Shown here piece after piece: positions 58,041-64,000 of a stretch of 64,000 nt of DNA. The DNA lies in assembly GCA_963666735.1 (NCBI GenBank), contig OY762926.1, positions 2,720,001 through 2,784,000 of the forward strand, given 5' to 3'. Origin of the DNA: Gemmatimonadota bacterium. GTDB lineage: Bacteria > Gemmatimonadota > Gemmatimonadetes > Palauibacterales > Palauibacteraceae. The notes under the pieces were generated by a model. The model did not search any database. It saw only the letters and a program-made list of their open reading frames with translations, and was not told the origin of the DNA. Within the stretch, counting starts at the first letter, position 1; each line of letters starts with the position of its first letter. The position numbers and the translations under genes are program-made.

Positions 58041-58715
58041 TCAGCCGAAGATGCCTCCCACGATTTCGAGGATCGCCTCGAACACGCTCCCCGCCGCCTC
58101 TCCCACGGCCTCGAGCGCGGCGGGCGCCGCTTCCGCCGCCGCCGCCACGGCGTGGCCGGCGACGTGCGCGCCCACGAAGACGAGATCCGGTGCCCAGAAG
58201 AGCGTCTCGAACAGGACATCCGCGCCGGTGTCCGCGGTGCGCGCGACCGCGCCGTCGCGCCCCCGCCGCGCGACGAGCCGGTCCCTCTCCATCTCCCAGA
58301 TCGCCTCGAGCTCATGGTGGTCGAACCACACGCCCTTGCACCGCTTGCACACATCGAGCGTGAGCGAGGACGGGCTCACCTGCAGCATTCGCGTGTCGCA
58401 GGCCGGACAGTTCAGCCGCGTCTTCGCCCCGCACGCGGGGCATTTCGGCGCGTCACGGTCCACGAAGGCGCGACACGTGTGGCACTGGGCCCGGTGCCGC
58501 TCCTCCCGCGCCGGAATCCGCGCCCACAGCGACTCGGGCCGTTCGGAACGGAGGCGCTGCACCTCCCCCAACTCGAACCACATGCCGCCGCAACGGGCGC
58601 AATGGTCGAGCGTCAGCGGACCCGACGCGTCTCCGGCCCCGGTCCCCAGAGACGTCTTCTCCATCTTGACCCCGAGACAGACGGGGCACGGCCAGCGCGT
58701 CTCGCTCACGACCAC
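58041..58715 (-). CDS. Multi zinc-ribbon (zf-TFIIB-like) protein
   Basis: Six CxxC pairs; two D.C..C.G.WF...E repeats. Confidence 0.8.
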   Translation of the reverse strand: MVVSETRWPCPVCLGVKMEKTSLGTGAGDASGPLTLDHCARCGGMWFELGEVQRLRSERPESLWARIPAREERHRAQCHTCRAFVDRDAPKCPACGAKTRLNCPACDTRMLQVSPSSLTLDVCKRCKGVWFDHHELEAIWEMERDRLVARRGRDGAVARTADTGADVLFETLFWAPDLVFVGAHVAGHAVAAAAEAAPAALEAVGEAAGSVFEAILEIVGGIFG

Positions 58716-58725
58716 GGCCCTCCCG

Positions 58726-59178
58726 TCACGGCTCCAGGAGGCCGCGGGCGGTTTCCTTCTCCGACAGGTGCCGCACGTCGTGGAAGGTGTACACGAGCAG
58801 ACCCGAATCGGTGATCTCGATGTCGGCCATTTCCCGCGCCATCAGTTCGTTCAGAAGCTCCTCGGCCAGCGTCGCCGGCACCGCCAGTTCCCCGGCGACC
58901 TCGACCGCCGTCAACCGCCCGCCGTGGCGCCCCGCCATCGTCAGGATCTCGGCCTCGAGGGTGTCGCGGCGGAGTTCTTCCCGCCGGCCTTCGATGCGGC
59001 GTCCGACCCCGAAGTGGCGCGCAAGGAGAAAGCCGCCGCCGGCCGCGGGCAGTCCGGCCGCGATGAAGAGCGCGAACAGCGTCCTCAGGGCGAACGGATC
59101 GGCGCCCGAGCGCAGGAACCCCACGACCATGAACAACGCGAGCGCCAGGAGAGCGACGCCTCCCACGAGTCTCCCCAC
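58726..59178 (-). CDS. Membrane protein with C-terminal wHTH-like domain
   Basis: Two TM helices then GGRLTAVEVA...GLLVYTF. Confidence 0.65.
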   Translation of the reverse strand: MGRLVGGVALLALALFMVVGFLRSGADPFALRTLFALFIAAGLPAAGGGFLLARHFGVGRRIEGRREELRRDTLEAEILTMAGRHGGRLTAVEVAGELAVPATLAEELLNELMAREMADIEITDSGLLVYTFHDVRHLSEKETARGLLEP

Positions 59179-59199
59179 CGCGTCAACCCCCGGCCGCGC

Positions 59200-60693
59200 T
59201 CACGCGGGGTCGCCCTCGTACACGAAGCGTTCGACCGCGCCGTGGATCCGCGACACGGTCACGTCGCTCGGCGGGAGCGTGAACCGGCTCACGACCCACG
59301 TCACGGCGAAGTTCACCAGCAGTCCCCACACGCCGCCGTGCAGCCCCAGCGGGTGGGGCACGAGGATGAGGGTGACGCACAGCGTCGCGAGGCCCGCCCC
59401 GATGCCCGCGATGACCCCGGCCTTCGTCGTCAGACGGCGGCTCGGGAAGCAGACGCCGAGGATCGCCGGCATCAGTTGCAGCGCCCCCGAGCCCGAGAGC
59501 GCCACGAGTTCCACGAGGAAATCGAACGTGCTCACGGAGAGGAAGTACCCCACGGCCAGGAGGGCCACGACGATGAGCCGGCCGATGAGGATGTAGTGGT
59601 CCTGGCTCGCGCCGGTGCGGATGTAGCGCTGGTACACATCGCGCGTCAGCACCGTCATGTTCGCGTGCAGCATCGAGTCGAGCGTGGACATCGCCGCCGC
59701 CGTCGCGCCCGCCAGAATCGCACCCGTGAGCCAGGGCGGGGCATACGCGAAGAGCATCTCCGGGAAGATCCGGTCCGGGATCGCGATGTCCGGCATCACG
59801 AGCGCGCCGCCCAGGCCGACGAGCGCCGCCGGGATGTAGAGCGTCATGAGGTAGATCGGCGTCGTGGCGCCCAGCAGCTTGATCGTGCGGGCCGAAACCG
59901 CCGTGTAGTACCGGATGAGGAGGTGCGGCTGGAAGATGATCCCGAACGAGAGCACGACGATCATCCCGAACCACATCCCCGGCGTGAAGAAGCCCTCCGG
60001 CCCCGGCAGCGTGAGGAGGTCGGGGCGCTGTACCGCGACCTGCCGCCACAGCTCGAACGGTCCGCCGAAGAGCTTGAAGGCGAGGACCAGAGCGCCCGCC
60101 CACACGGCGATGTACATCCACACGCCCTGGATCACATCCGTCCAGTAGACCGCCCGCAGACCCCCCGCGATGAGGTAGCCGGCGGCGACCACGAGCAGGA
60201 TCAGCGTCCCCAATTCGAACGAGATCCGATCGCCGGACGCGACCGACAGGATGTAGCCCAGCCCCACCGCCTGGACCTGGATGTAGAGGATGGTGAACAG
60301 GACCGACACGATGGCGGTCACCACCCGCACCGCATCCGACTCGTAGAAGTCCGCCAGCAGATCCGCCGGCGTGATGTAGCCGAACGTCTTCCCCAGCGCC
60401 CAGATCCGGCTCCCGAGCACGTAGGTGATCGCGCCGACGAGCACCGTCCACGCGCCCGCCGCCCAGAACCCGATCCCGTGCGTGTAGAAGAAGCCGCCCG
60501 AACCGAGGAAGGCGAACGCGGAATGGTAGGTGGCGACGACCGTGAGATAGAGGACGATGAACCCGGCCTTGCGTCCGTAGAGGAGGAAGTCCTCCAGGTC
60601 CACGGACATGCGCCGGTTCGCGATCGCCCCCAGCACGATGGTTGCGAGGAGGTAGACGAAGATGAGACCGGTCGCGACGACCCAGGCCTCCAT
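59200..60693 (-). CDS. Sodium:solute symporter family protein
   Basis: About 13 TM helices; SAFAFLG, GGLRAVYWTDVIQ, AAAMSTLDS. Confidence 0.92.
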   Translation of the reverse strand: MEAWVVATGLIFVYLLATIVLGAIANRRMSVDLEDFLLYGRKAGFIVLYLTVVATYHSAFAFLGSGGFFYTHGIGFWAAGAWTVLVGAITYVLGSRIWALGKTFGYITPADLLADFYESDAVRVVTAIVSVLFTILYIQVQAVGLGYILSVASGDRISFELGTLILLVVAAGYLIAGGLRAVYWTDVIQGVWMYIAVWAGALVLAFKLFGGPFELWRQVAVQRPDLLTLPGPEGFFTPGMWFGMIVVLSFGIIFQPHLLIRYYTAVSARTIKLLGATTPIYLMTLYIPAALVGLGGALVMPDIAIPDRIFPEMLFAYAPPWLTGAILAGATAAAMSTLDSMLHANMTVLTRDVYQRYIRTGASQDHYILIGRLIVVALLAVGYFLSVSTFDFLVELVALSGSGALQLMPAILGVCFPSRRLTTKAGVIAGIGAGLATLCVTLILVPHPLGLHGGVWGLLVNFAVTWVVSRFTLPPSDVTVSRIHGAVERFVYEGDPA

Positions 60694-60917
60694 TAGAGCC
60701 CCCGCCTCTGCACCCGGATCAGAACGCCGATGAGAAGGACGTAGAAGACGAGCAGGTACACGTAGAGGAAGGGCATGCCCCCGATCCACGGCTCGACGCG
60801 GTTGCCGATCCAGTACACGAGCGGTGGCTGCGTGAACGCGAACAGCACCAGAAAGAGGGCGACGAGCCGGCGGCCCGTCGGCGTTCGCGGCAGGAAGTGC
60901 GACCGGAAGCGTGTCAT
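60693..60917 (-). CDS. Small 2-TM symporter accessory protein (DUF3311-like)
   Basis: NRVEPWIGGMPF; stop overlaps the symporter ATG. Confidence 0.75.
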   Translation of the reverse strand: MTRFRSHFLPRTPTGRRLVALFLVLFAFTQPPLVYWIGNRVEPWIGGMPFLYVYLLVFYVLLIGVLIRVQRRGL

Positions 60918-61005
60918 GACCGCCAACCTAGCAGCCCGCCGCTGGGTCTTGCCACGGGCTGCCGGCCGCTGGGTCGCGCCAACGGACAGCCGTCCGGGGC
61001 CGTCG

Positions 61006-62160
61006 TCAGCGGCCGGCGTCCTCGCCCACGATCGTCACATCGAAACGGTCGAGCACGAGGTCGATCGGGTTCGCGATCGTGAGCCGGCCGTCGCCGGCGA
61101 AGAGCAGCGCGACCGGCTTGCGGTCGTCCGGGCCCGCGTTCCCGTCGCGATCCAGGTCGCGCGCCACGATCAGCGAGCCCGAATCGCCGCCCTTGCTGAA
61201 GTTGCAGCAGACCATGATCTGACCGACAAAGCGGGCCACCTGCGAACCGGCCGACCCGTAGGTCACGTTGATCGACGCGTTGACCGCCTCCACTTCCCCG
61301 ACCGTGAGGCGCGTCGTCCGCCCGTACTTCTGGACCTGCAGCCCCGGCTTCGCCGCCATCGTCGTGCTGCGCGGCGACCCGTAGCCCCCCACCGGCGTCT
61401 CCGGCAGCACCTCGTCCGTGCGCGCGATCGCCGCATCGATCCGGTTGGACGCGAACGGCGACAGAGACACCGGCTCGAATGCCGCCAGCGTGGCGATCGC
61501 GTCTCCGGGATCCGCGCCGCCGTCCACGGGGCCCGGTTGCAGGAGATTGTCGCCCACCTGTCCCTCGCCGCCCGGCACGAACACGTGCCAGTTGCTGAGC
61601 GCGTACCGGCGCTCGCCATCCGTCACGACGGCACCGATCGTGCCCGCCGTGGAGCGTGTGTGCCCCGTGGACACGCCCATGGGCACCGGTCGATCGAAGC
61701 GTCCCGTGGGTACCGGTCCTTCGTCTCCTTCGTCCGCCGCCGCCGGAGCGGCGGGTTCCGGCGGCAGAACGCGGAACGGGCCCGCCGGCGCGACGGTGAC
61801 GGGAAAGAGACCGAGCGTCTCCGGGATGCCCTGGAGGCCACGGGATGCCGGGGACGCACCGGGGTCGACGAAGACCTTGATCGTCGGCATCCCGGCGTCG
61901 GTGAAACCGATCCCCACGCCGACCACGCCCGGCAAGGCGAAGAGCGTCGATTCGTAGTCGCTCTGAAGCTGCATGGCGGCGGCGAGCAACTCCTGAGCGG
62001 AGGTGCCCGGGGGACGCAGCGGCGGACGGGTTGGCAGCCGCGGCGGCGGCAGCGTCGGGGGCCGCGGCGGCCAGGACGCCAGCGTCCAGTGGATGCCGAC
62101 CCCCACGCACGTGACGACCGCGATCGTGATCGCAAGAACGAGGTTTCGACGCGGCGTCAT
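61006..62160 (-). CDS. Membrane-anchored trypsin-like (Nal1-type) serine protease with prodomain
   Basis: TM helix, Pro-rich linker, VVGVGIG prodomain; triad SNWHV, IDAA, GDSGS; KYGRTT. Confidence 0.82.
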   Translation of the reverse strand: MTPRRNLVLAITIAVVTCVGVGIHWTLASWPPRPPTLPPPRLPTRPPLRPPGTSAQELLAAAMQLQSDYESTLFALPGVVGVGIGFTDAGMPTIKVFVDPGASPASRGLQGIPETLGLFPVTVAPAGPFRVLPPEPAAPAAADEGDEGPVPTGRFDRPVPMGVSTGHTRSTAGTIGAVVTDGERRYALSNWHVFVPGGEGQVGDNLLQPGPVDGGADPGDAIATLAAFEPVSLSPFASNRIDAAIARTDEVLPETPVGGYGSPRSTTMAAKPGLQVQKYGRTTRLTVGEVEAVNASINVTYGSAGSQVARFVGQIMVCCNFSKGGDSGSLIVARDLDRDGNAGPDDRKPVALLFAGDGRLTIANPIDLVLDRFDVTIVGEDAGR

Positions 62161-62179
62161 CGCCTGTTCTCTCCGCCCG

Positions 62180-62425
62180 TCACGCGCTGCCGGCCAATGG
62201 GCCCGGCGGCCCGTTCCCCTGCGCCCGGAACGGGCCCCCGCCGACCACCCGCACCGGGTGTCCATCGTAGCGGTCGGGAATCGATTTCCGGGAGGAGGAC
62301 CCGGACAGGTAGACCTTCAGGCACGGGTCTCCGTTGTCGGCCCCGATGCCCACGGCGGACACGTCACTGCGCGAGAGCAGCTTCTCGGCGAGTCGCTGCT
62401 GCGCATCTTCGATCGAGCGTTTCAT
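62180..62425 (-). CDS. 81-aa stand-alone homologue of the protease prodomain
   Basis: AAGGAGG RBS; VSAVGIG...LKVYL...IPDRYDGHPVRVVGGGPFR. Confidence 0.75.
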   Translation of the reverse strand: MKRSIEDAQQRLAEKLLSRSDVSAVGIGADNGDPCLKVYLSGSSSRKSIPDRYDGHPVRVVGGGPFRAQGNGPPGPLAGSA

Positions 62426-62504
62426 GCGCCTCCTTACGAGAGCCTGGCTCCCGGAGTGTCGCTGTGACCGCGAATCGTCGCGCCGGCGGCGAAGGATCGC
62501 CGTT

Positions 62505-63827
62505 TCACGGAGTCCCCGCGAGCGGTCGGTGCCGGTAGACGATCCCGCCGCGCATGACGAGCACCACATGCTCGAGGGCGCCGATGTCGGCCGTCGGATC
62601 GCCCGCCACCGCGATCACGTCGGCCTCGAACCCCGGCGCGAGCGTGCCCACGGTCTCCTCGAGCTCCAGCGAAGCCGCCGCCAGGCTTGTGGCCGAGACG
62701 ATCGCCTCCATCGGGTTCTGCCCGCCCTCACTCACCCGGTACACCAGTTCCGTCCAGTTGCGCCCGTGCGCTCCGGCTACGGCGTCGGTCCCGAACACGA
62801 TGTCGAGCCCCTCGACGTCGAGGGCCTCGCGGAAGGCGCCGAGCGCCGTCGGCACCGCCTCGCGCATCTGGCGGAATCCGTCTTCCGTGTAGTTTCCGAT
62901 GCCGAGGTAGCGGTCCTGGTTCGCGAAGTAGTTCTCGAAGATCAGGTGCGTGTGTGGGTCGTAGTAGAGATCGTGTTCGGCCAGGAGTTCGAGCGTCTCG
63001 CGGTCGAGCAGGGCGCCGTGCTCGATCTGCCGGCAGCCGGCGAGGGCCGAGCGCTGCGCGCTCTCGGGACCGTGGGCGTGGACCACGGCGCGCAGTCCGT
63101 GCTCGCGCGCCTGGCCGCAGGCGGCGTCGAGCTGCTCCTGGCTCAGCGTGGGCGCGCCGCCGACCCTGATGCTGGCGGACCCGAAGATCTTGATCACGTC
63201 CGCGCCCGCCTCCGCCAGTGCGTCCACGCGGGCCCGGATCTCCTCCGGTCCGCCGCTCCCGGACGTGATGGGCTGGATCGAGGTCAGGACCCGCGGTCCC
63301 GGCAGCGATCCGCGCGCGATCGCTGCCCGGACCGGGACGTCCTCCGGTCCGCCCAGACTCTGCACCGTCGTGACGCCGCTCGCGAGCATGTTCCAGGCGT
63401 TTTCGGCCGCGTAAAGCACGCGATCCTCCGCCGTGTCCGTCGACTCCGCGCTATGCAGCCGTCCCGTCTCCGCGTCGAAGTGCCAGCCGAGATGGACGTG
63501 CGTGTCGATGAGCCCCGGCAGCACGGTCGCCCCCGGGAGTTCGTACACCACGGCGCCTTCCGTGGCCCCCTCGTCGGCGATGGCCTCGATCCGCCCCCCG
63601 CGCACCACGAGCTCCCGGCCCGTGAGCACGGTGCCGCGTCCGTCGAGGATCCGGTCCGCCCGGATCACCACCGCGTCGTCCGGACCCGCCGGCCGGAGAC
63701 CCGAGGCGTCCTCTCCCGCGTCCGTCGCGCATCCGCTCGCGCCCGGGATCGCGAGGACCGCGACGGCGGCCGCCCGGGCCATCAGAGCCCTGTGGCTTCG
63801 CGTCGAATCAGCGGCGCATGGGGGCAT
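62505..63827 (-). CDS. Metal-dependent amidohydrolase (Xaa-Pro dipeptidase-like), probably exported
   Basis: PGLIDTHVH, IKIF, HAH, IEHG, FGTD, ADVIAV. Confidence 0.88.
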   Translation of the reverse strand: MPPCAADSTRSHRALMARAAAVAVLAIPGASGCATDAGEDASGLRPAGPDDAVVIRADRILDGRGTVLTGRELVVRGGRIEAIADEGATEGAVVYELPGATVLPGLIDTHVHLGWHFDAETGRLHSAESTDTAEDRVLYAAENAWNMLASGVTTVQSLGGPEDVPVRAAIARGSLPGPRVLTSIQPITSGSGGPEEIRARVDALAEAGADVIKIFGSASIRVGGAPTLSQEQLDAACGQAREHGLRAVVHAHGPESAQRSALAGCRQIEHGALLDRETLELLAEHDLYYDPHTHLIFENYFANQDRYLGIGNYTEDGFRQMREAVPTALGAFREALDVEGLDIVFGTDAVAGAHGRNWTELVYRVSEGGQNPMEAIVSATSLAAASLELEETVGTLAPGFEADVIAVAGDPTADIGALEHVVLVMRGGIVYRHRPLAGTP

Positions 63828-63964
63828 GACATCCTCCGGAGCGGGAACAGGGCCCGGGATTCGAAGTCCCGGCGCGGGAGCCTTCAGAACACTAGTTGCT
63901 CGCGGGCGGCGCAGGTAGGATCACGCGACACCCACAGCCCCAGCCGTCCGACCCCGAGGAACCC

Positions 63965-64000
63965 ATGATGAACCTGATGAACAACGCCGGTCTCCGGTCG
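63965..64000 (+). CDS. Possible 5' end of a gene (partial)
   Basis: GAGGA RBS then ATG ATG AAC CTG..., open to the window edge. Confidence 0.35.
   Translation, partial: MMNLMNNAGLRS

Overview
High-GC bacterial chromosomal window with about 50 genes. Gene content and style suggest Gemmatimonadota, possibly a host-associated lineage (inference only). Main content in order: an aconitase-family hydro-lyase; an NAD-linked formate dehydrogenase locus whose alpha subunit has an in-frame UGA plus an fdhF-like SECIS (selenocysteine); a four-gene putative sphingolipid operon (Spt, bCerS-like GNAT, CerR-like SDR, Aur1/IPC-synthase-like PAP2) followed by an ECF sigma/anti-sigma/PDZ module; icd; several secreted peptidases; a lower-GC cassette encoding a small Cys-rich secreted peptide plus a beta-propeller lipoprotein behind a promoter with a G9 tract in its spacer; a convergent type II-like R-M pair; a sufCBD-fdx-sufS-sufU operon running on into rsgA, a Nudix hydrolase and a second hidden selenoprotein (OsmC-like, split by UGA in the ORF track); decayed genes (glpD, a DUF2946-like locus, a frameshifted DUF5916 gene, IS remnants); a TonB receptor and quinohemoprotein ADH; and a Nal1-like protease preceded by a stand-alone copy of its own prodomain. 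I recognised no rRNA, tRNA or CRISPR array. All family assignments come from motif recognition by eye, not database searches.
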